A DNA stretch of 62,529 bases from a virus (IMGVR_UViG_3300017707_001200:1-62529), one strand, 5' to 3'. Counted from the first letter of the stretch, positions 19,518-29,058 are shown. Made by a program: numbers and translations. Notes: generated by a model from the sequence alone, not told the origin.

Positions 19518-20977
19518 GCTACTCTCCTCAGACTACGGTTCAGCATAAGTCTCTTCTCCATTGCTTCGCTGTACCTGCCCTCGGCCAATCCGAGATCGTC
19601 AACCAGTTCGAGCCTGAGCACTTGCTTGTGCTGTCCGATCCGGAAAAGCCGACCCTCCGCCTGTTCATTGATTGTCTCATCGGTGGACCGGGACAGCCAA
19701 ACCTCCGTGTTAGACACCTTCTGGAGGCCGTCATACCCCTCCGCAATGGCCGCGAGAACTCCTACCAGCACGCGGTACTTGGTCCCGAACTCCTGCGCCT
19801 GAGCGTGGCGTGTAGCCCTCGTCTGACCGCTGAATTCGAAAGCTGAAATGCCCCGTGAGTTTAGCCGGTCGGTAACAATTCGGGCGAATTTTGCGGAATC
19901 TACAAAGACCACGACATTTTCGTCGGCTACTTCATCGGTAAGGAATTCTTCCAGCCGGTCATAGAAAGGTGAGATGCAGTCCGCAGCGAAAGTAACCTCC
20001 GCGTTTTCCTGGTCGTCGTAAGTAACGGTAGGTACGCCCAAGCTCAACTGGCGGATACGGGTAGCCTTCGTCAACGGCAGGTCACAGACCATGGGGTTAT
20101 CTCCCAGCCACGTCATATAGTGAGTTTCGAGTTCCTTAATGGCCTTCTTCTGAATCGGGTGCAGGCTGATAACCTCACGCTTGACAGTCGGGGCTTCCAG
20201 CCTAAGGTACCCGGATGGATGATATGGGCAACAGTTCTCGCGCTTCAGATGCGTAATCACGCAAGGCGCTTCAGACAGCCACTGGCCGGGGTTGATCTCC
20301 GAGAGGTACTGCTTGACCACCTTGGGCTGTCCGTTAGCGTCACGCTGATTGGTATATACGTTCTGATAACTCATGTACATGGACTGCCACATATAGAAAT
20401 TGTCGTATCCCGGTTCGCCTTTTCGGTAAAGCTCGTTCCACAGCGCTCTTCCGTAGCTCCAGGCAAGTTCGAAGCGATTCCTGAGCGGCGTCCCCGATAG
20501 CATAAGTCGTCCATCGAACCTGCGCACAAGAGGCTCACCGTCCGAGACATGGTAACCCGACAGCTTACGCTGGCCCTTAGACTTCGGGGTTGAAAGTTTG
20601 TGGCTCTCATCGATAGCAAGGAAATCACCACTCCAAGCGGATACATCGGCACGGGTGAAGAGTTCCGGGGTGCAAAGGTAGATTCCGCCGTAGCCCATCT
20701 CCATGTCAAAGAGGGCTTGCTTCTTTGCCTTGTTCCCATTGCCGATGACCCGACCCTCAGTGTCCAGGATGTTCTGGATGGTGGGAAGCCATGCGGACTC
20801 GTGCGTCTGCTCAGGGGCGATGATAAGGGTAGTGGTGGGGTTGGACTCGCGGACTGCAAACAGCGTCTCAGCGGTCTTACCAGAGCCGGTACCCATGTTC
20901 AGAAGACCTCGGTACCCCGCAGACCGAAGCCTCGTCAGGTCCCATGCCTGATAGTCGTAAGGCTCTAGCTTAGCCAT
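19514..20977 (-). CDS. SF2 (SNF2-like) DNA helicase
   Basis: GTGSGKT, DESH, LSGTP, QAEGRLFRIGQ. Confidence 0.92.
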   Translation of the reverse strand: MAKLEPYDYQAWDLTRLRSAGYRGLLNMGTGSGKTAETLFAVRESNPTTTLIIAPEQTHESAWLPTIQNILDTEGRVIGNGNKAKKQALFDMEMGYGGIYLCTPELFTRADVSAWSGDFLAIDESHKLSTPKSKGQRKLSGYHVSDGEPLVRRFDGRLMLSGTPLRNRFELAWSYGRALWNELYRKGEPGYDNFYMWQSMYMSYQNVYTNQRDANGQPKVVKQYLSEINPGQWLSEAPCVITHLKRENCCPYHPSGYLRLEAPTVKREVISLHPIQKKAIKELETHYMTWLGDNPMVCDLPLTKATRIRQLSLGVPTVTYDDQENAEVTFAADCISPFYDRLEEFLTDEVADENVVVFVDSAKFARIVTDRLNSRGISAFEFSGQTRATRHAQAQEFGTKYRVLVGVLAAIAEGYDGLQKVSNTEVWLSRSTDETINEQAEGRLFRIGQHKQVLRLELVDDLGLAEGRYSEAMEKRLMLNRSLRRVA

Positions 20978-21159
20978 TAGTCTTCAATCACCTTAATGTA
21001 CTTCGGCTCATCGCACGTGGGGCACAGAACGCGCACGTCATCTCCCTCAATGCTGTCCACGGGAATGATACCTTCGGCATCGCAGTGGTCGCACGAGAAC
21101 TCGATGTACTCAGGGTAGTAAGAGGGTGAGAGTCGCATGATCTTCCTTTCGTTACCTTC

Positions 21160-21188
21160 AGGATACACACAAAAGGCTCGAAGCGCAA
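21160..21188 (-). promoter_or_regulatory. SigA-like promoter
   Basis: TTGCGC-17-TATCCT. Confidence 0.65.
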
Positions 21189-21318
21189 GCCCCGAACCTT
21201 AGGTGTTTTCAGTTTTCCCAGCGCATATACCAGTTAGAATCCGCTGATGAGAGCGCAATTTTTCCGAAACTGACGTGAATGTTCACATTCGTTCCCTCAC
21301 GGGGCCAAACTAGCCAAC

Positions 21319-21795
21319 TCATCGCACACCCCCTTCCCGAAGGGAAAGAGCATCACGCAGAGCGGCGAGAGCGGTCTTCGCGGCCTGCTCGCTGAGGATG
21401 ATGACCGGCCCGTCCATGTCGTCCTGCACGTAGGCGTCGGGGATCTCTGACTCCAACTCGCGGATCGCTTCGACCTGCGCGTCGGACGGTTCGCCCTGCA
21501 CCTCGGTGCGACGGAAGCCAGCAGCGAGCACGCGGTCGGCCGCGTCGAGAGGGAACGGGTAGGCGTGCAGTTCGAGTGCGTTCGGGTCGATGAGCAGGGC
21601 CAGTTCTTCCCGCTCGTCGTCGGTCGGGATGACAGTGGCTTCACCAAGCGCCTTCTCGAACACGGCCAGAGCTACCTTCAAGGCTCTGCGGTGCCGCTCG
21701 GGTTCCGTCACTCCGTCAAGCCGGTACCATTCGTCCTCGAAGACTTCCTCGATCCTGGCGTTTCGCCAATCATTGTCGGTCACGCGGCATCCCAC
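21319..21795 (-). CDS. Hypothetical protein with a GC-rich internal segment
   Basis: ORF; start uncertain. Confidence 0.6.
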   Translation of the reverse strand: MGCRVTDNDWRNARIEEVFEDEWYRLDGVTEPERHRRALKVALAVFEKALGEATVIPTDDEREELALLIDPNALELHAYPFPLDAADRVLAAGFRRTEVQGEPSDAQVEAIRELESEIPDAYVQDDMDGPVIILSEQAAKTALAALRDALSLREGGVR

Positions 21796-21982
21796 CCCTC
21801 ATAGAAGCGGCCCTTGAAATCCCCCACGTCATACGCGGCAGAGGCATCGTAAGGCAGAGGCGTCAGCCCCAGCATACGGCCCCAGCTAAGGGCGTCCTCC
21901 GCTTCATGCTGACCGCAGTTAAAGTCCAGGTCACAGTCACAAACGTTCATCGTAGATTCCTTTCGATGGTTTCCATACTCGA

Positions 21983-22011
21983 AGCATACCAAGAAGTCAT
22001 CCCCGAGTCAA
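21983..22011 (-). promoter_or_regulatory. SigA-like promoter
   Basis: TTGACT-17-TATGCT. Confidence 0.7.
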
Positions 22012-22357
22012 ACACTTTCTCACCCCGAACATTTACTCCCAGGCAATCCCCATCATGCGGGGTACCGAAAACACACGCTGCGCAGTCGTCTGCCTCACCG
22101 TACCATAGTCCAAAGCGAAGCTCCCTCATTCTATACCCCTCTCCGAGACTGGCCCATGAGTTTGTGACGGGTTCTCCACAGGGCACGGCGAGCAACATTT
22201 TGGTACCTTCGAGGAACAGACTGAGTGATCCACCTGTCACTATCCAGCATAGAAGCCGCGTGAGCCGTAATCGGAAAGCGTTCCGTAGTTTCAAAAACGA
22301 ACTGTTCCTTGACAGCGAGTGCGAGGGCAAACCTAATTGCGGATGCGGCCTTGGCGT

Positions 22358-22669
22358 TCACCGGATCATCCTCGCCCCGCGCTCCAGAGCCGCCAGAATT
22401 TCAGACTTGGTAGGTGCGGACTCGTACCCTGCCGCCTCATCCAACGTCACGGCCCAGCGTTCTCCTGAGTTGTATACTAGAACATATGTTCGAATCCTGT
22501 TCCACGCCGCATATCCCTCACCCTTAAAGTAGTTCTCCGCCTTAGCGTAATTCTTAAGCGGCTTTACAGGGGCCACATCGATAGCGTGATATACCTCCGC
22601 GCGCATGGTTTCATCCCAATCCGGGAACATATCGAGCGCTATGGCTATTTCTTCAAGATCGATGGTCAT
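22358..22669 (-). CDS. Hypothetical protein
   Basis: ATGA-coupled ORF. Confidence 0.6.
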   Translation of the reverse strand: MTIDLEEIAIALDMFPDWDETMRAEVYHAIDVAPVKPLKNYAKAENYFKGEGYAAWNRIRTYVLVYNSGERWAVTLDEAAGYESAPTKSEILAALERGARMIR

Positions 22670-22932
22670 CGTGTCGGCCCACCTTTCTCAATAGCGTCTG
22701 CGAGAGCCCGGTAGAAGTCAGCCACCTCTGCCCGGGTGGATTCGTTGGCCTTACCGAATACTCCGGAGTTGGCAATCCAGGGCACCTGATCGTCCCTCAC
22801 GTTACTCCAGAACCCAACGAGCATAAATGCCTGATCGTTCGAATTCTGAAGCGCCAGAAGCTCGCCCAGGCCCTCCCAATCGGATACTCCGACTTCGATA
22901 CTCAATGCATCTTCAAGCTTAGTAATGCTCAC
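22666..22932 (-). CDS. Hypothetical protein
   Basis: RBS and promoter upstream. Confidence 0.6.
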   Translation of the reverse strand: MSITKLEDALSIEVGVSDWEGLGELLALQNSNDQAFMLVGFWSNVRDDQVPWIANSGVFGKANESTRAEVADFYRALADAIEKGGPTR

Positions 22933-22962
22933 GGTAAGTCCCTTCGTTGGTTCGTTGTACCC

Positions 22963-22991
22963 AGGATACCAAAAATCCCTCTCGACCGCAA
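22963..22991 (-). promoter_or_regulatory. SigA-like promoter
   Basis: TTGCGG-17-TATCCT. Confidence 0.65.
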
Positions 22992-23390
22992 GATCAAGAA
23001 GGAGATTGGTTTAAAAAATCCAATTGAGAAGTGCTGTCAACCCGTAAGCAATGCCCCACAGGACAACGACAACCACGGTAAAGACAGTGATCCTCACCAT
23101 ATCAGCCCAGTAATCATCTGAGTTGGGGTGAGGATCGTCAAACGGCGCTCCGAGGTCACTTCTTTGGCTAGTCATTAGCTTCGTAAGGGTTGTCAAAGGG
23201 CAGGTCTTCGTCTCTCCAGTCTTGAACGCCCCACTTAGCTCCCGACTGCTGGCCCTCGTTCCACGCTTCCGCCTTCACCTTCTGGAGCCAGCGCTTGAAC
23301 TCTTCCGATGATACCTCATGGGGTTTAAACTCTTCGTCCCAACCAAGCCACTTATAGCCGTCCTCGATATCTTCGGTACTCGGGGTGTAT

Positions 23391-23609
23391 TCAGTCATTG
23401 TCCCGCCGCTCCTTTCGCGTGATGTGGTTGTACAGGAAAAGCAGTCCCGTAGCTACGGCGAGAAGTCCTGCAACAACCCAGCCTGTCATGTCGGTACCGC
23501 CCGTTGTAGCGAGGGTATCCGTAAAGGTCTTGACAATGACCTCAGAGGCGGGGACTTTGTTGCCGGGAGGGCAAGCGTACCCTTCGCATGCTTCGAGAAA
23601 TACGTTCAT
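23391..23609 (-). CDS. Small protein ending in a LAXTG cell-wall sorting signal
   Basis: LATTG + GWVVAGLLAVATGLLFLY transmembrane segment + RKERR tail. Confidence 0.7.
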   Translation of the reverse strand: MNVFLEACEGYACPPGNKVPASEVIVKTFTDTLATTGGTDMTGWVVAGLLAVATGLLFLYNHITRKERRDND

Positions 23610-24125
23610 TCTTTCGGTTCCACTTTCTTGAGTGTTAGCTGCCATGTTCCGTATTTCTTAAGGGGCAACTCCAGTGCCAGGTTTTTCCCCACCATTATAG
23701 ATGCGTCCATCATCTCGTAAACCTCGTACATATTCTGGAAGTTATGTGTACTGGGCATCAGAGTTCCTTTCTTACGTCGTCGGTAATTACGCCTAGCACT
23801 TCGAAACCCTCGCCAGGAAGGGTGTTGTCCCACGCTTCTCTAAGCTCTGCTCCGAACAGGTCTACGTCCCCGTAGTCTGTATCCACCCACAGACCGTACC
23901 CGTGCTCTAGGGCTTTGGCTACGAGCGTATTCACGTCTGCGGCGTTCATGCTTCCACCTTAACCACATCATATCCTGAAAGCAAGTATCGACCCGCCAGA
24001 CCGTACTCCAGAGCGTCATCATCGCTGATCCAACGTCCCGGCTTAACGTTTCCGTCGTAGTCAGTGACAGCCCAACCAGGTCCAGTTTCGGAGATTTCGT
24101 TTCTGTTCATGTTCTAGAGCCTACC

Positions 24126-24416
24126 TTAGATCGGTCGGATTGTCCAGCACTCAGCCGTATCAATTTCGCAGTTGCCGCACACACGATTAGGATCAGCCTG
24201 ACTCTCCATGTTCCACCGATATGAGGACGCGCAAATCAGAAAATCTCGATGTTGACAACCCACCGTCTTAGTAGCAACGACCTTAACAGAGCAGGTAAGG
24301 TTGTCCTCATGACTGGACTGGCACTTGGCTTCGTGTTCGAAAGTTTGTTCGAGGATTTCTAGTTCCAGATCGTTCCGGCTCTTCGTGTTCAGCATTTGTT
24401 CTACGAGCCGGTTCAT
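24126..24416 (-). CDS. Cys-rich hypothetical protein
   Basis: Coupled ORF. Confidence 0.6.
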   Translation of the reverse strand: MNRLVEQMLNTKSRNDLELEILEQTFEHEAKCQSSHEDNLTCSVKVVATKTVGCQHRDFLICASSYRWNMESQADPNRVCGNCEIDTAECWTIRPI

Positions 24417-24758
24417 TCGTCAAATCCATTCCAAGAAAAGGGGTCATCTATTACCTCCCAGGGCAACCGCTCCTCCAATTGCTTAATGTAAATAGCATCC
24501 TCCGCCAAAGTAGTCCGCATGTTTTCCAGTTCAGATTGGTGGACAATTGCGTATCCGTTATCCTGGAGAAGCTGCATAAAGATATTTGCAATTACTTCGC
24601 TCGGCTCTTTTGGTTCGGTCATCAGTCAACCTCCTCGATAGAATAGTAATTCGGGTCGCCGTTTAGCGCTTTGATAAAGTCTTTTGCGTCGGCGTTGGTC
24701 ACCTGATAGATCACGGTTTCGGTTGACATGTACTGTTCGATCCTCTTAGTAAACGGCA

Positions 24759-25043
24759 TTATCCCCACGTCCCTTCTACAGGCTCCGAGTAACCCCGCTT
24801 AGACGCATATGGCTCCAGGAAATCCAGCCGGTAGTGACGGGTTCCGCTCATCGTCAGAATGGCGACCCCTGGGAACGTTACTTCGTAGGTCTCCGCAGGA
24901 TTAGCCAAAGCCTCCCGGTGGTACGGTGCCCAGAACGTGCGAACGATCACGTCAGCGTCGAAGTTGAAGCCCTGAGGGTAGTTCGCGATTGTTGCATCCA
25001 GTGTGTCCATGAGATTCGGCATACTCATCTGCATCTTCTTCAT
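24759..25043 (-). CDS. Hypothetical protein
   Basis: CGAAGGGAG RBS. Confidence 0.65.
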   Translation of the reverse strand: MKKMQMSMPNLMDTLDATIANYPQGFNFDADVIVRTFWAPYHREALANPAETYEVTFPGVAILTMSGTRHYRLDFLEPYASKRGYSEPVEGTWG

Positions 25044-25633
25044 TACAGGCTCCCTTCGTTCGGTCGGACGTGTCCTGCATCAATCTGACGCTGGATTTCC
25101 GCGTTCACCATCTTGCCAAAGGCGTAAGGTTCGTCCGCGTGGATTGTGGAGATGTAAAGCTCTTCGTCATCCGGGATCGGGTTCCACTTCTTATCCCGCT
25201 TTTTCAGGTTCGCCATGTTATAGGTGACCGGCTCCGGAAGAACGTGGCCCAGGCTGTTGCGCTTCACCGTAAGGATAGCGTAGTCCTCGCTCCAAAGGAA
25301 GGTTGCATTCTCAAGCTCTGCCGTGCGCTTAGCATTCTGTACCGTCACTCGGTCCGGCTCCATCCCGGCAAGGTCACGCCAATACGTCCAGATGTCCCAG
25401 ACGTTCGTGCGCAATACCTCCCGGCGCAGAAGGGCCTGTGAGACTCCCGCTGCGTTGACACGGGCCAGAGTACGAGCGAACTCGATTTCGGCGTTCTCGG
25501 TGGCCTCTGCGGTCTCTCGCTTGATCTGTGCTTCGTACTTCCGGCGTACTTCTGCCTTGATCCGCTTCTTAGCCTCCTGCATCCGGCTACGTGCGTCCTG
25601 TGCCTCGATGATGAGGCTTGTTACGTCCTGCAT
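25043..25633 (-). CDS. Hypothetical protein, N-terminal coiled coil
   Basis: TAATG-coupled ORF. Confidence 0.7.
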   Translation of the reverse strand: MQDVTSLIIEAQDARSRMQEAKKRIKAEVRRKYEAQIKRETAEATENAEIEFARTLARVNAAGVSQALLRREVLRTNVWDIWTYWRDLAGMEPDRVTVQNAKRTAELENATFLWSEDYAILTVKRNSLGHVLPEPVTYNMANLKKRDKKWNPIPDDEELYISTIHADEPYAFGKMVNAEIQRQIDAGHVRPNEGSL

Positions 25634-25974
25634 TAGTTCCTCTTTCCGTGGTCAGTGATGACGTAAATCTCGGTCTCTTGGGGGGCTTCAGCCTTTGCTG
25701 CGGCTAGCATCCGCTTGCGGGCCGGTGGGTTTGCGGTGTGGATGGTGAGAATCTTGGGCCACGCGCTCCAAGAAATTATCCAATCCAATACCTTGAAGCC
25801 AGTGTCATCCCCGCCTAAGTCATGGTCAAGACTGATTTCTTCGAGACTGTCACCCATCTCTATAACAGCGGGGGTGCCGATCATGTACAGATGGCTAATT
25901 GCCGCATCCGAATTTCTTGCTACTGTCCAGCTATCGTCAGGTGCCGGACGTTCGTCCCCAACCCAAAGCTTCAT
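25633..25974 (-). CDS. Stand-alone receiver-like domain (cyclic-phosphate processing receiver family)
   Basis: MKLWVGDERPAP, ISLDHDLG, TIHTANP motifs. Confidence 0.8.
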   Translation of the reverse strand: MKLWVGDERPAPDDSWTVARNSDAAISHLYMIGTPAVIEMGDSLEEISLDHDLGGDDTGFKVLDWIISWSAWPKILTIHTANPPARKRMLAAAKAEAPQETEIYVITDHGKRN

Positions 25975-26337
25975 TTCTCTCTCTTTCGTCGGTGTCTTAC
26001 AACAGTAACACTCATTAATCAGGTTTTGATAGATTAGGCCCGACTCACAGGCAACTCCCAGCAAGTTATCGACCTCCAAGAGAGGATTAGACTAGCGGAA
26101 TCGAGACTGTACAGGCTGGGTAACCGTAGGCTAGCTGAGGTGCGATCCGGGCTGAAACGGCTTTGAGGGGCTAAGTTATTGACCTAGGCCAAAGTGAAAA
26201 ACGTTGATTTTCCGCGGTTTGAGTGAAAGTAGGGTGTCTCTATAGGTGAATATCTTATCATCTATTAATATATTACTGTTAGATTGTTAGTTGTAGTGTG
26301 TGCGTAAGGTATAGGGCACCGAGAATTTTTGGAACGG

Positions 26338-26369
26338 AAAAACCCCCTCCGACAACTCAGGAGAGGGCT
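26338..26369 (-). terminator. Intrinsic terminator
   Basis: GCCCTCTCC...GGAGGGGGT-TTTT on the minus strand. Confidence 0.65.
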
Positions 26370-26907
26370 TGACCGTATCAGCCTGTCAGACCGGAAGGTG
26401 CGAGATGATCCCGGCGATGAGGACGGTGGCGAGGATTGTTCCTCCTGCGGTGGCGGTGAGGAAGTTCTTCACTCAGCGATCCCCTTAGTGAGAAGTCGTG
26501 AATACTGCCGGTCAGTGTATCGCTGCTCCGTCGTGCGGTTCTTGCGAACGGTGCGGATTGCGAGGGTTGTCGCCTTGCTCTGCTCAGAGCGCTTAGCGTC
26601 TTTGCGCATTGTGCCCTCCTAGGGCTTCTATAGCGGTTTTAAGGGCCTAACTAGGGTTGTCTCGTGTCCTACCCTGGAAACGGGGGTAGAGGCGCTTAGA
26701 CGGTCGCGGGCTGTCCCTGCTCGTCCGTAACGCTGTAACCCTCGTATCGAACGGCGTGGTCAATGCTGTAGCTGTGCTCACGGTGGAACCAACGGAGCAG
26801 TTCGAATTGATCGGAGACAGCGATGATGTGCTGTCCGTCGCGTGCGATGTTGAACATTTTGTGTCCTTTGCTCGGTGTCTTGTTCGGGGGTAGAAGTGCT
26901 TAGAATT

Positions 26908-27174
26908 TCAGCTAGCGTAAAGTGCTTCAAGTTCAGACTTGGAACCACTCTTTAGCCCCATTTGCTGGATGAACTCCTTGACATGGCGGAGGGTGGTTGC
27001 TGAGTGATCCCAGAGGGGCATGAGAGCAAGAGTCTCGGTACCCTTGTGGAAGGTAGAAACATGAGTGTTGTAGGAGTAAAGGCGCAGTGCTACTCCATCA
27101 TCTTCGATTCGAGCCTTGTTGTAGAAAGACTTGCGGCTGTCGTACTTGGCTTCGAGGTAAGAGGTGATAGCCAT
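26908..27174 (-). CDS. Early hypothetical protein
   Basis: ORF directly below promoter 27217-27245. Confidence 0.7.
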   Translation of the reverse strand: MAITSYLEAKYDSRKSFYNKARIEDDGVALRLYSYNTHVSTFHKGTETLALMPLWDHSATTLRHVKEFIQQMGLKSGSKSELEALYAS

Positions 27175-27216
27175 AGTTTCAATCCCTTGTTAGGTGGTGT
27201 CTTGCTTGTTACTTAC

Positions 27217-27245
27217 AGTTTGCCCTGGTTCGGGCTGGAAGTCAA
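27217..27245 (-). promoter_or_regulatory. Early SigA-like promoter
   Basis: TTGACT-17-CAAACT. Confidence 0.6.
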
Positions 27246-27265
27246 GCGTTTTTCGAAAGAAAGTC

Positions 27266-27410
27266 AAAAAGAAAAAGACGGAGACAGCCCCACACTGTCC
27301 CCGCCTTGGCTAGCTCGTCCCCAGACTCCTAGCCTTGTTGGCAATCCCCCATTGCCGTTGTGCCCGCTGCTATCCCCTTCGGTTCCCCAACCGATTCGGT
27401 AGAACAGGCA
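27266..27410 (-). ncRNA. Predicted small RNA of four G-looped hairpins ending in a U-tract terminator
   Basis: TCGGTT-GGGG-AACCGA; GGCAAT-GGGGG-ATTGCC; GGCTAG..GTC-TGGG-GAC..CTAGCC; GGCGGGGACAG-TGTGGGG-CTGTCTCCGTC-TTTTT. Confidence 0.7.
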
Positions 27411-27413
27411 TCG

Positions 27414-27471
27414 TGCGCCTAGGGGACTCGAACCCCTGTGTAATCCTCGACAAGTCGAAGCCGTTGGCGCT
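27414..27471 (-). ncRNA. Minimal tRNA-like element
   Basis: T-arm AGGGG-TTCGAGT-CCCCT; GCGCC/GGCGC acceptor-like stem; only about 58 nt. Confidence 0.6.
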
Positions 27472-27480
27472 GTGTGAGCG

Positions 27481-27609
27481 TTACCACTCGTTGTCGTGAT
27501 CCACATCGACGTGGAAGCCGTGAGTCTTGCACGGGTAAAGGTCATACCACTTCCCGAATTCCTCCGAGAAATAGCGGCCCTGACGTTCTTCGCCGTAGCA
27601 TTTATCCAT
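27481..27609 (-). CDS. Small 42-aa hypothetical protein (below the ORF-track cutoff)
   Basis: AAGGAGG RBS; MDKCYGEERQGRYF...DNEW. Confidence 0.55.
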   Translation of the reverse strand: MDKCYGEERQGRYFSEEFGKWYDLYPCKTHGFHVDVDHDNEW

Positions 27610-27777
27610 TAAGTCTTAAACCTCCTTGATAGCGAATTCCCTATTTGGGTGAAACTACTGTCGGTTTTTGATAAAGGTTTCTGCATCCTCCCGAGAATAA
27701 AAGTCTTGGAGAAATGCCCAATAGCCTAGATAGTGTTCAAATACGCGGTACATTTCATCTTCCCTTTCGTTACTTCT

Positions 27778-27806
27778 ATTCTGCCCTACGCGAGTGAGAA
27801 AGTCAA
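27778..27806 (-). promoter_or_regulatory. Early SigA-like promoter
   Basis: TTGACT-17-CAGAAT. Confidence 0.65.
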
Positions 27807-28011
27807 GACCCAATTTCGCGAATACGCTTCCATCGCTGCAATACCTCAGAGGCGTCCCACTTCTCTTGCAATGTTGGTTCTCGACTGAGGTTCTTCCACA
27901 GGATCGGGCACCCTGGATTACGGCGGGCATAGGCAAGAATGATGTTTTCTTCGCTGGGTCCAAGCATGATCGGCCCTTTCTCTAGGTTGTTAGTACGCTG
28001 CTTTAGCTCTT

Positions 28012-28040
28012 AGTCTACGCGCGATCCGGCCTGTTGTCAA
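28012..28040 (-). promoter_or_regulatory. Early SigA-like promoter
   Basis: TTGACA-17-TAGACT. Confidence 0.8.
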
Positions 28041-28252
28041 GCCCCAATTTCAACAATCGACCAAACAACCTTTACGCCCCGCCCCGGCAACGCGAGTCCC
28101 TGAGCTGCGGCACCCTCCAGTGCCAGGAAACGGTACGCGCGCTTCCACTCATTGTCGAGAGTGACCCAATCCTGAACCGTGGGGCCCTCTACCGTGACGG
28201 ATTTCCCGTCCGGGTTGGTGATCGTTGCGAGGGTCTGCACGTAGTTCGACAT
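28037..28252 (-). CDS. Early hypothetical protein
   Basis: RBS and promoter upstream. Confidence 0.65.
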   Translation of the reverse strand: MSNYVQTLATITNPDGKSVTVEGPTVQDWVTLDNEWKRAYRFLALEGAAAQGLALPGRGVKVVWSIVEIGA

Positions 28253-28279
28253 TTGTTCTTTCCTTTGTTCGTTAGTATG

Positions 28280-28308
28280 ATCCTACGCGCGCTGCTTGCG
28301 GTTGTCAA
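28280..28308 (-). promoter_or_regulatory. Early SigA-like promoter
   Basis: TTGACA-17-TAGGAT. Confidence 0.8.
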
Positions 28309-28537
28309 GTACCACGTGAAAAATAAACCGATGCAACCCTGTCGAATACCGGAGTGTTCACGGAAGAAAGACCCCTGAGAATGGTTTCTTTGTCGTACTC
28401 CCCGTTAATAACGTAAAAGGTATCGCGGTTCATTTCGGCTGTTAGTCTATTCACTATCACTCCTCTCGGCGTAGCCGACGTCACAATTCCAGCATAATTC
28501 GTCGTCATTAACCAATTGCCCGCATTCACATTGCGCA

Positions 28538-28756
28538 TTATCGTACATAATAGGCCGTTCCGTTAATGTCGATAAACGAATTACCCGTGCCATTCCCCAT
28601 TGTGTCCGCATTCCAGAAACAATTGGTGCTGTCTTCGGTGGCACACGCGGGGAACGATACCCCGCCCTGTACGGGGCTAGGGCTGAGAGCGTACGCGTAA
28701 CCACCTACCAGGACCGCCGTTACTAGGGTGGCCCGTACTACGCTACGGAGCTTCAC
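28538..28756 (-). CDS. Small secreted or membrane protein
   Basis: Signal-peptide-like N-terminus; CATEDSTNCFWNA motif. Confidence 0.65.
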   Translation of the reverse strand: MKLRSVVRATLVTAVLVGGYAYALSPSPVQGGVSFPACATEDSTNCFWNADTMGNGTGNSFIDINGTAYYVR

Positions 28757-29029
28757 GACTCATCCCCGCCCCAGTAGAAAGCCAGGGCTGCGATACCCAT
28801 GCCCAGGGAAATGAGGATTGCGGATGCCCAGTTGAGGTTGGTGCTGGAGATGTGGCACACGATGTCAAGGAACAGCACCCATACGATGATCGCCAGGGGG
28901 GTGATAAGGCCCCATCCCAGAATGGCGATGTGTGCGCGGTGTGCGGTGACGTAGGCCTCTGCTGCGGTGGTGTCGGTTTCGGTGTGCATCATGTCCTCCA
29001 GGTGGGGGTGGTCCCTTGTTGTTATTACC

Positions 29030-29058
29030 AGTATGGCAGTGATGGGGGTGGGCGTCAA
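29030..29058 (-). promoter_or_regulatory. First leftward SigA-like promoter
   Basis: TTGACG-17-CATACT. Confidence 0.65.
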
